32,000 nucleotides of DNA from Phycisphaera mikurensis NBRC 102666 (GTDB taxonomy: Bacteria > Planctomycetota > Phycisphaerae > Phycisphaerales > Phycisphaeraceae): assembly GCF_000284115.1 (NCBI RefSeq), contig NC_017080.1, positions 990,001 to 1,022,000 on the forward strand, given 5' to 3'. The translations under genes were made by a program, and so were the position numbers. Shown one piece after another: positions 22,020 through 29,602 of the stretch (positions are counted from its first letter, which is position 1; every line of letters begins with the position of its first letter). The notes beneath the pieces were generated by a model. The model saw only the letters and a program-made list of their open reading frames with translations, was not told the origin of the DNA and did not search any database.

Positions 22020-23333
22020 TCAGTCGGAGCCGGGCCCGGCGGCTTCGGCGGCTTCGGCGGCCGCGACGAAGGCCGCCTGCCGCCGCACCGCCTCTTCCAG
22101 CACCTCCGGAGTCGGGTCGGGCCGGGTGCCCGCCCGCACGTGCTGCCGCACCTCGCGGATCGCCGACTCGAACCACGCGGGCGGCGTGAGCTTGGCGCGG
22201 GTGGTCCGCTCGCCCTCGGGCCGCCACCAGTCGTAGTCCTCGGTAAGGAACCACACGAGGTCCTCCGCCATGCGGGCGTGGTTGAACAGGTGGGCGACGG
22301 CGAAGGCGGGCCGGTCTTCGGGGTCGATGAAGCTCGCGAGGCGGCGCGTGAAGAAGAAGTCTTCGTAGAGCTCCGGCGCGACCACGAGGTCGGTGTAGAA
22401 CCCGTGGCCGGTGCCCCGATGGCGGATGTACGTTTCCCGGTTCTCCGGGGCGAGCCGCGCTTGTGCCTCCCGTTGCGCCCGGCGGAAGCGGTCGAGCGTG
22501 GCGGGCAGGGCGTGGTAGAAGCCGTTCTCGTTGCCGTCGACGATCCGCGTGCTCGGGCCGATCGCGTCCAGCCACCCGTCGTAGAAGGACGCGACGAGAT
22601 CGGTCTCGTCGGAGTCCAGATGCGTGGCGCAGAGGCCGAACATCGTCACCAGCTCGAACTCCGCCGTGCCCATCCCCTCCTGCAGGGCCGCGATCGCCTG
22701 CGCCCCACGCGCCCGCACTTTCGCTCGGACCTGGGCCAGGCTCCGACCCGGGAACGCCTCCCGGGTGTAGGCCCAGGGATCCGAGCCGTATGCCTCCTCG
22801 TTGAGGAAGAAGCCGCCGAAGCCCGCCTCGACCGCGGCCGAGGCGTAGAGCCGCAGGTTCGCCGTGATCGTCCCCCACCGCCGGTCGTCGAACCAGCCGA
22901 CCGGATCCACCGGTCCGCGGTCCTGCGTGCTGGCCTGCAGCGCGAGGAGGTGATGACCGGTCGCCCCGCCCGCCGCTCCAATCCGGCGGGCGGCTTCGAG
23001 CCCGACCGCGGCGGCGTCCCAGGGCCGGGCGTCGAAGAGCAGCGGGGTGCCGCTGGCGCCGCGGTGCCGATCGCCGGCGACCGGCTTGAACACCACGCCG
23101 TCGAAGGGCCGCGCCGCAAAGCGTTGCGGGTGGTCCACGAGCATCGCCAGCGGCGGGAGGTTCCAGCCGTACTCGAGGAAGCGGATGTCGCGGGGTGCGA
23201 GCTCCGGCTGTTCCGGCTGCTTCGCGTTGGACGCACAGGCCAGGAGCAGCAGCGTGGCGAGCAGGAAGCGGGCGCACCCGCGGTTTTCAAGCCGCGGTTG
23301 CGAGCCGCGGGGGCAGACTTCAGCCCTGTTCAT
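22020..23333 (-). CDS. Secreted/lipoprotein, unrecognised family, paralog B
   Basis: It is 437 aa with a lipobox-like FLLATLLLLAC/ASN. It has the same motif set (YGW, PFDG, FFLNEEAY, DGNENGFY, HGFYTDL, DWWRPEGERTTRA). Its ATG at 23333 overlaps the paralog C stop by 14 nt. Confidence 0.8.
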   Translation of the reverse strand: MNRAEVCPRGSQPRLENRGCARFLLATLLLLACASNAKQPEQPELAPRDIRFLEYGWNLPPLAMLVDHPQRFAARPFDGVVFKPVAGDRHRGASGTPLLFDARPWDAAAVGLEAARRIGAAGGATGHHLLALQASTQDRGPVDPVGWFDDRRWGTITANLRLYASAAVEAGFGGFFLNEEAYGSDPWAYTREAFPGRSLAQVRAKVRARGAQAIAALQEGMGTAEFELVTMFGLCATHLDSDETDLVASFYDGWLDAIGPSTRIVDGNENGFYHALPATLDRFRRAQREAQARLAPENRETYIRHRGTGHGFYTDLVVAPELYEDFFFTRRLASFIDPEDRPAFAVAHLFNHARMAEDLVWFLTEDYDWWRPEGERTTRAKLTPPAWFESAIREVRQHVRAGTRPDPTPEVLEEAVRRQAAFVAAAEAAEAAGPGSD

Positions 23334-24639
23334 GGGCGCGCTCCTCCCGGGCCTCGCGGTCTTCTTTCTCGCGGAGGTGCACCTGCCGGCGGGCCTGGGC
23401 CTCGGCGAGGATCCGGTGGATCGGCTCGGGCCGGGTGCCCTCGCGGACGTGCCGCTTCACCGTCTTCATCGCCTCCACGAAGAAGGCGGGGACGTCGCTT
23501 TCGGCGCGGGTGGTCCGCTCGCCCTCGGGCCGCCACCAGTCGTGGGCCTCGGTCCAGGTCCAGACGAAGTCCTCGGCCTGGCGGGCGTTGTTGTAGAGGT
23601 GGTGGACGGTGAAAGCCGGCATGTCGTCGGGCTCCACGAAGCAGGCGAGCATGTTCTCGAAGAATGGCTCTTTGCTGAACCACGCCGGGTCGGTCATGAG
23701 GTCGGTGTAGAAGCCGTGCGCCCGCCGGCGACGCTCGACGTACAGGTCGCGGTGCTCCTCGGCGAGCAGCGTGTGCCCGTCGAACTGGGCCTGCCGGAAG
23801 CGGTCCAGCGTCGGGGCGGTCGCGTTGTAGTAGCCGTTCTCGTTGCCGTCGACGATCTGCACGCCCGGGCCGATCGCGTCGAGCATCCCGTCGTAGAAGC
23901 TCGGCATGAGGTCGTCGGGATCGTCCACCACCACGTTCGCGCACAGCCCGAAGATCATCACCAGCCGCATCCGCGGGACCTCGCTCTGCAGCGCGGCCAG
24001 GAAGGTGGCGCCACGCTCGCGGACCTTCGCCTTGGTCTCCTCGCGTGAGCGTCCCGGGTACAGCGCCTCGGACCACGTCCAGGGGTCGGCCGTGTACGAC
24101 TCGGTGTCGAAGAAGAAGCCCACGACGCCGGCCTCGCGAGCGGCGCGGCTGTAGAGCCGGAGATTGCGATCGATCGTCTCCCACGCCGCGTCGTCGAACC
24201 ACGCCCCGGGGTCGGTCTCGTCCAGGCGGCTGAAGTCGCTGGCCTGGAGGATCAGCATGCTGAAGGGCACGCCCGCCGCCTCGAGGTCGACCCGCTTCAT
24301 GTCCTCCATCGCGACGTGCTCGTCCGCCCACGGGCGGTCGTCGAACACGACCGGCACCTGGCTGGCGCCCTGGTGGAAGCCGTCGTCGGTGGGTCCGAAG
24401 ACCACGCCGTCGAAGGGTCGCGACGCGAAGCGCTCCGGGTGGTCCGCGAGGTACCCGGCGGTGGGGATGCCCCAGCCGAATTCGAGGAAACGCAGGTCAC
24501 GCGGTGCGTGCTCCGGCTCCTCCGGTGACGATGGCCGCGGGTCGTCGGGTTTGGAGCCCGCGCCCTCGGCGGACGCGGCGGTTGCCTGCAGCGTGCAGAG
24601 CAGGAGAAGAGGGAGCAGAAGCTTGCGGAGAGGATTCAT
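23320..24639 (-). CDS. Secreted protein, unrecognised family, paralog C
   Basis: The start was trimmed to the ATG at 24639 (MNPLRKLLLPLLLLCTLQATAASA/EG signal peptide). It has the motifs FGW, PFDG, FFFDTESY, DGNENGYY, HGFYTDL and DWWRPEGERTTRA. Its C-terminal tail is nearly identical to that of paralog A. Confidence 0.8.
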   Translation of the reverse strand: MNPLRKLLLPLLLLCTLQATAASAEGAGSKPDDPRPSSPEEPEHAPRDLRFLEFGWGIPTAGYLADHPERFASRPFDGVVFGPTDDGFHQGASQVPVVFDDRPWADEHVAMEDMKRVDLEAAGVPFSMLILQASDFSRLDETDPGAWFDDAAWETIDRNLRLYSRAAREAGVVGFFFDTESYTADPWTWSEALYPGRSREETKAKVRERGATFLAALQSEVPRMRLVMIFGLCANVVVDDPDDLMPSFYDGMLDAIGPGVQIVDGNENGYYNATAPTLDRFRQAQFDGHTLLAEEHRDLYVERRRRAHGFYTDLMTDPAWFSKEPFFENMLACFVEPDDMPAFTVHHLYNNARQAEDFVWTWTEAHDWWRPEGERTTRAESDVPAFFVEAMKTVKRHVREGTRPEPIHRILAEAQARRQVHLREKEDREAREERAHEQG

Positions 24640-24674
24640 GCGGAGCTGGAGGATGCGTCGGCCGGTCGATGGGT

Positions 24675-24703
24675 TCGACACACGACCCACGTGATTCTAT
24701 CAT
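24675..24703. promoter_or_regulatory. Putative back-to-back divergent sigma70-type promoters
   Basis: On the plus strand, TCGACA (24675-24680), a 17-nt spacer and TATCAT (24698-24703) lie 34 nt upstream of the ATG at 24737. On the minus strand, an extended -10 TGaTAGAAT (complement of 24694-24702) serves the gene starting at 24639. By eye (not computed) this is the most AT-rich patch of the window. Confidence 0.4.
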
Positions 24704-24736
24704 GCAGAACTTATCGTTCTCGGTGAAGGCCCACTC

Positions 24737-26623
24737 ATGCGCAATCCTCGGCTCCTCTGCCTCACGCTCGCCGTTGCCGTCGCTCCCGTCCCGTCCGCGT
24801 GGGCGGAGCCGGAGAAGAAGCTGATCCAGCTCGGCTGGGACGGCGGGACGCCGGGCAAGATGCTCGCGAACCTCGAGCGGATGAAGGCGGGGCCGTTCGA
24901 CGGCTACGTCTTCAAGCTCCCGGAGGTCGACGCCGACACCGAGGCCCGCCCGCTCCCGCTGCAGAACCTGTTCACCACCGAGCCGCACCCCGCGGCGCTC
25001 TTCGAGCCGCACCTGGAGGACATGCGGACGCTGAAGGAGCGGGGCCTCGGGAACATGACGCACAACATGGTCAAGATCTGGTGCACCGGCCGCGACGGCT
25101 GGGACTGGTTCAACGACGACCACTGGGCCGCCGCCGAGGAGAACTGGCGGAATCTGGTGAAGCTCGCCAGCGTCGGCGACGCCGACATCATGTTCGACCC
25201 CGAGAGCTACTACACGAAGATCGAGCCGAACTACTTCTGGGTCTTCAACCACCAGGACAACCCGCGCGCCGACGAGAAGACGATCGGCGAGTACGAGGAG
25301 GTCGTGCGGCAGCGGGGCCGCCAGTTCGTGCGGGCGCTGGCCGAGGTCGATCCGGACATCGACATCCTCTCGATGTACGGTCTGAACAAGACCACCGACG
25401 CCGTCCTCAACGCGGACTCGCCCGCCGAAGCCGACGCCGCCCTGGAAGCGCAGCTCTACTACAACCTGCTGCCCGCCTTCGTCGCCGGCGTGCTGGAGGA
25501 AGCCCACGACGGCTTCACCTTTCACGACGGCAACGAGATGGCGTACTACTACACCTCGCCCGAAGAGTTCGAACACGCTCGTGAGAGGATGAAGGGTCCG
25601 GTCCGCCGCGCCCTGCCGCCGGATGCGCAGAAGCACTTCGACGACCACTACCGGGCGGCGCAGGCCATCTACGCCAGCGACCTCTTCCCGTACGACGCCG
25701 ACGATGGCGCGTACCGAGCGTTCTTCCGGACGGTGATGCCACGCGACCGGCAGGCCGAGCTGCTGGCGCACAACGTGTACCACGCGCTGGCCACCGCGGA
25801 CGAGTACGCCTGGTACTACAACGACGGCGCCATCGACAACTGGACCGGCGACGTCCCCGCGGGGATGCACGAGGCGATCCGCCGCGCCCGCGGCCTCCTG
25901 GAGGCGGGCGAACCCTTCCCACCGGGGATGGTGGCCGAGGTGGAAGCGGCGAAGGAGGCGTACCAGCGGCAGGTCACCGGCGACCTGCACATCGCCACCG
26001 CGGACTTGACGAGCGTGTCCACGCCGCCGCGGATCGATGGGGACGTCGACGACGCCGCGTGGAAGGAGACGCAGCGGCACGGGCCGATGCACGCGCTGAG
26101 CAGCAACCCCACCGACCAACCCGGCGAGGATGCTTTCGTCCGCGTCGCCGCCGACGCGGAGAACCTCTACGTGCTCGTGGAGGCGATGGACGACCGCACC
26201 GACCACCTCGACCTCCGCGGCGACGGTCGCGACGGCGACGTTTGGGCCGGCGACGACGTGGAGGTGGCCGTGAGCGATCCCGACAACGCCGATCGCTTCT
26301 TCCTCTTCATGGTCAACCCGGCCGGCACGATCTACGACGCGGAGCTGCGGGTCGACGCCGAAGGCGAGCTGAGCTTCGACACCGGCGGCTACGACCCCGA
26401 TTGGCAGCGCGCGGTCGAGGTCCACGACGACCGCTGGGTCGTCGAGATCGCGATCCCCTGGTCCGCCGTCGGCGGCCGCCCCCGCAACGACCAGCCGTTG
26501 CGGATGAACGTCGCCCGCTCCTTCGGCGATCGGCCCGGCCCCGGCTTCGTCTCCTGGAGCCAGACCATCGACAGCTTCCTCACGCCGGCCCACTTCGCCG
26601 AGCTGCGGCCGGCGGGCAACTGA
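24737..26623 (+). CDS. Secreted protein, divergent paralog D of the unrecognised family, fused to a C-terminal CBM9/DOMON-like module
   Basis: The signal peptide is MRNPRLLCLTLAVAVAPVPSAWA/EP. The N-terminal ~420 aa align motif-by-motif with paralogs A-C (LGW, PFDG, MFDPESY, DGNEMAYY, a D..W tail). The C-terminus (from about 25997) has PPRIDGDVDDAAWKE, FFLFMVNPAGTIYDAE and WVVEIAIPWSAV, typical of CBM9-like modules. Confidence 0.8.
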   Translation: MRNPRLLCLTLAVAVAPVPSAWAEPEKKLIQLGWDGGTPGKMLANLERMKAGPFDGYVFKLPEVDADTEARPLPLQNLFTTEPHPAALFEPHLEDMRTLKERGLGNMTHNMVKIWCTGRDGWDWFNDDHWAAAEENWRNLVKLASVGDADIMFDPESYYTKIEPNYFWVFNHQDNPRADEKTIGEYEEVVRQRGRQFVRALAEVDPDIDILSMYGLNKTTDAVLNADSPAEADAALEAQLYYNLLPAFVAGVLEEAHDGFTFHDGNEMAYYYTSPEEFEHARERMKGPVRRALPPDAQKHFDDHYRAAQAIYASDLFPYDADDGAYRAFFRTVMPRDRQAELLAHNVYHALATADEYAWYYNDGAIDNWTGDVPAGMHEAIRRARGLLEAGEPFPPGMVAEVEAAKEAYQRQVTGDLHIATADLTSVSTPPRIDGDVDDAAWKETQRHGPMHALSSNPTDQPGEDAFVRVAADAENLYVLVEAMDDRTDHLDLRGDGRDGDVWAGDDVEVAVSDPDNADRFFLFMVNPAGTIYDAELRVDAEGELSFDTGGYDPDWQRAVEVHDDRWVVEIAIPWSAVGGRPRNDQPLRMNVARSFGDRPGPGFVSWSQTIDSFLTPAHFAELRPAGN

Positions 26624-27140
26624 TCCGCATCCCGGGCGAGGTCCGGGCGGCCATGCAGGTCCCCATATGGGTGCCGCGCGCCTCAGGGCTCAACCTTCTG
26701 CAGTTTCCAAGGACTCCTGCCAAGGCAGCGAGACGGCCCTCCTCGGTGTCCTTTGACCGCCGTTACCTCAAGGGCACCCGAGCGTCGCTGGAGGCTGCGC
26801 CTCCACGGTGGGTTCGGACGCACCCTGCGAAGCGGAGTCCTGGCCGTCGGGTGCGTCGGGACGCACCATCGGCCGCGTGGCGGGCAGGTGTCGCTTGTCC
26901 TCCCCACCTGAAGGTGGTGGCACCGGGGTCAGATCGTTGTCCTGAAGTTTCTGGGGATGCGTCGAACGCCCCGCCCCGACCGGTTGCCCGGCCCGGCCGC
27001 GGAAGGCAGGCGGTCGTCACCACGGTCGGCGAGGCTGAATCCTCAAAGCGCCACCACACCGGTGCAGAGGAGACCTCTGGCTCGCTGTCTCCGCCTCTTG
27101 TTCCGGCTCCAAGCGAGCGCCGAGGCGGCAACGCAAGAGC

Positions 27141-27202
27141 CGGTCCGCGGTGGTCGCCGCGGATCGCGACCTTGAGACGCCACAGATTGCCGCGGTCCGC
27201 GG
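27141..27202. repeat. REP-like palindromic element cluster
   Basis: cggtccgcgg is at 27141-27150, ccgcggatcg at 27157-27166 and cggtccgcgg at 27193-27202. The latter pair has 36-bp spacing. The cluster ends 20 nt before the pseudopilin stop codon (27223-27225). Confidence 0.75.
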
Positions 27203-27222
27203 CGCCGACGATCGGAACAAGA

Positions 27223-28071
27223 TCACTTGATGAAGGCGTCGAAGTCGCCGGACCAGAAGTTGTCGACCTGAGGATCCTCCGTTTCGGCCATGATCGAGTC
27301 GTCGGAGATGTCGAAGTTGTAGACGCTCGCGTGACCGTCGACGAACAGCGCGTTCTGCTGCTCCTCCGGGTGCCAGTTGGCCCAGAAGAGCCGGCTGTTC
27401 AGGCCCTGGTTCGTGCTGTCGGTGTAGGCGGCGCCCTCCGGGTAGGCCGCCGCGGAGCCCGGGGCGGTGGAGCGGTAGTCCATGATGCTCATCATCTCCG
27501 TCGCCGAGAGGATGGAGTCTTCGCGGACGTACGGCGCGTACCGGGGCGTGGCGGGATTGCTGCCGCTGGGGATGAACGGTCCGCTGCTCGTGTTGTAGCC
27601 GAGGCGCCAGTTCCGGCCGTAGCTGAGGTACTGCTGCTTGCCGGACCACCCGAGGTATCGCCCATCGAATTCTTCATCGAGGGGGCACTGGTAAACGGTG
27701 CCCGGCACGCTGGTGATCTTCCAGCGGTCCGAACCCGACGAGACGTCCGTTGCCATGCCCGGCACCGACTCGTTGAAGTGACGGCTGTCGGACCACATCC
27801 AGCCCGGAGTGCTCCTTTCCTCATTGAAGTAGACGGAAGGAACGAGAGTGGCCTTGTTCTCGGCGGCGTACGCCGCGTCGGCAATGCCGAACTGCTTCAG
27901 GTTCGAGAGGCACTTCATGCCGCGCGCTGCGTCGCGGGCGGCGCCAAGCGCGGGCAGCAAGATGCCGATGAGCAGGGCGATGATCGAGATCACCACCAGG
28001 AGCTCGATCAGCGTGAAGCCGGTGCGGCACGGAGCGGCACAAGCCTGGCGATGGAAGGCGGGGTTCGGCAT
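27223..28071 (-). CDS. Prepilin-type N-terminal cleavage/methylation domain protein (type II secretion pseudopilin-like, DUF1559/H-X9-DG type)
   Basis: [25 protein letters not shown] is the canonical prepilin methylation motif and helix. The C-terminal [18 protein letters not shown] matches the H-Xn-DG tail, with 10 rather than 9 intervening residues by my count. The start was trimmed to the ATG at 28071. Confidence 0.85.
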   Translation of the reverse strand: MPNPAFHRQACAAPCRTGFTLIELLVVISIIALLIGILLPALGAARDAARGMKCLSNLKQFGIADAAYAAENKATLVPSVYFNEERSTPGWMWSDSRHFNESVPGMATDVSSGSDRWKITSVPGTVYQCPLDEEFDGRYLGWSGKQQYLSYGRNWRLGYNTSSGPFIPSGSNPATPRYAPYVREDSILSATEMMSIMDYRSTAPGSAAAYPEGAAYTDSTNQGLNSRLFWANWHPEEQQNALFVDGHASVYNFDISDDSIMAETEDPQVDNFWSGDFDAFIK

Positions 28072-28109
28072 GGCGGGTTTCTTTGGAAGTGAGTGAGGCA
28101 GGCGCACCC

Positions 28110-28138
28110 AGGTTATCGCCGAGCGTGGGGAGTGTCAA
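28110..28138 (-). promoter_or_regulatory. Putative sigma70-type promoter for the pseudopilin gene
   Basis: On the minus strand, TTGACA (complement of 28133-28138), a 17-nt spacer and TAACCT (complement of 28110-28115) lie about 40 nt upstream of the ATG at 28071. The local sequence is relatively AT-rich. Confidence 0.35.
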
Positions 28139-28229
28139 TAGATGCTGAACGTCAAGTTCCACTGAACAAAACGATGGCGCGGCTCCCGCACGAGCCCTCC
28201 CGCACCGGCCGGCTCCGCCACGTTGCCGG

Positions 28230-29456
28230 TCATCGGCCGCTGCGAACCCGCTGCCAGAGGTCCGCCATCGCGATCATTGGGTTGTGGCCGAGGTAGTCCG
28301 GGCACGGCTGGTTGGCCGCGTCCTCGGCGTACGGCTTCCGCGCCACCGACTCCGGCGCGTCGCCATCGGGGTGGTAGAACTCGAAGATCGTGCCGGTGCG
28401 GTCGAAGTGGGCCGCGGAGTCGTCTAGCGCCCTCTCGAGGATCCGCGCCGCGGCGTCGTGACGTCCATACCGCACGCACCCGCTGCACGCCCAGAAGGTC
28501 ATGCTGTTCCAGGCGGGGCCCCGCCACATCCGCATCTCGTAGCCGATCGACTTTCTCGCCACGGTGCGGCAAGGATGCACGCCGAAGAAGGCGTCCGGGT
28601 CGAGCAGCCAGCCGTCGATGAAGCGGTCCGCCTGCTCCGCGGAGGCGATGCCCAGCACCAGCGGCCACATCCCCTCCAGCGCCATCGGGGGGTTCTCCTC
28701 CTCCGTGCGGAAGCCGTCCACGAACAGGCCGAGGCCGTCGTGCCAGAGCTCGCCACGGATCCGCTCGGCGAGCGTGTCCGCCCGCCGCCGGGCCTCGGCG
28801 GCCCGCTCGCCGTCGCCCCAGCGGGCCACGGCGTCCATCAGCAGCCAGGCGTGGCTGGAGGCGTCCACGAAGGGAACCAGCCGGTCGGTGGGGCCGTCGA
28901 GGAAGCGGACTCCGTCGTCCACGCCCGACTCGAAGCTGCCCTCGAGCGTGAGGTCCGCGTAGCCGTAGAGGCCCTCCTCGGTCCTCCGATTCGCGTCGAA
29001 CCAGCCCAGCTGCTTCACCGCGTGCGGTAGATAGCGCCTCCGGATCGCTGGATCGACACCGGCCTCGACCAGACGCTCCACCAGCAGCGCCCACACCGGC
29101 GGGTGGCTGGTGCGGGGGTTGTGCAGGTCGGGCTTGCCGTCGAGCAGCCGGAAGATCGGCGGCATGCGGCCGTCGTCCTGCTGCAGGGCGAGCGTGTTCT
29201 CCAGCTGCCGCTGCGCGTGCCCAGGCGAGCCGAGCACGGTGTCGTGGCACTGGTGGACGATGTCCCAGTGCCCGAAGGCGGGGCCGTAGCAGTAGCCCGG
29301 CCCGATCTCCTCCCAGGGGTGCGGGAAGATGCCGTGCGTGTCCTCGCGGACGGAGCGGCCGTGGAGATCGGCGACGTAGGCGAGCATCGGAGCCCACGCG
29401 GGGCGGTCGGCGGAGGCGGTCTCGGCGGCGGCGGCAAGGCCGGGGATCGTGGGCAT
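28230..29456 (-). CDS. (alpha/alpha)6-barrel glycoside hydrolase, GH63/trehalase (MGH1)-like
   Basis: GPAFGHWDIVHQ, HPPVWALL, SGVDDGVRF, EGMWPLVLG and MWRGPAWNSMTFW resemble GH63/GH37-type six-hairpin glycosidases. The start was trimmed to the ATG at 29456 (MPTIPGL...). Confidence 0.6.
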   Translation of the reverse strand: MPTIPGLAAAAETASADRPAWAPMLAYVADLHGRSVREDTHGIFPHPWEEIGPGYCYGPAFGHWDIVHQCHDTVLGSPGHAQRQLENTLALQQDDGRMPPIFRLLDGKPDLHNPRTSHPPVWALLVERLVEAGVDPAIRRRYLPHAVKQLGWFDANRRTEEGLYGYADLTLEGSFESGVDDGVRFLDGPTDRLVPFVDASSHAWLLMDAVARWGDGERAAEARRRADTLAERIRGELWHDGLGLFVDGFRTEEENPPMALEGMWPLVLGIASAEQADRFIDGWLLDPDAFFGVHPCRTVARKSIGYEMRMWRGPAWNSMTFWACSGCVRYGRHDAAARILERALDDSAAHFDRTGTIFEFYHPDGDAPESVARKPYAEDAANQPCPDYLGHNPMIAMADLWQRVRSGR

Positions 29457-29556
29457 GGGGCAGCTCGGGAGCGGAACGGATTCCGTCCAACGATACACCC
29501 AGTTCCGGGTGTACGTGAAAAGTGCATACCCCTCCGCAAGCAACGCCGCCGCAAGG

Positions 29557-29602
29557 TCGCGGACCGTCAGCCTTCGGCGGCTCCGGGGCCCGCGGTCCGC
29601 GG
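29557..29602. repeat. REP-like 46-bp palindromic element
   Basis: tcgcggaccg is at 29557-29566 and cggtccgcgg at 29593-29602 (36-bp spacing). The right arm overlaps the last codons of the minus-strand AraC gene (stop at 29567). Confidence 0.75.

Noticed and set aside
23047-24048. Plus-strand ORFs across the paralog cluster (23047..24048, 23195..23596, 24164..24694) as alternative genes
   Set aside because: Their composition is Arg/Gly/Pro-rich and they lack signal peptides or motifs. The minus-strand frames carry signal peptides and motifs conserved across all paralogs.
26940-26975. tmRNA-like 5' sequence (ggggatgcgtcgaacgcc), and an SRP-RNA-like gccaaggcag at 26719-26728
   Set aside because: No tRNA-like T-arm/CCA end, no tag-peptide reading frame and no SRP domain IV GGAA/AGCA loops could be found nearby on either strand. 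The resemblance is limited to about 10 nt.
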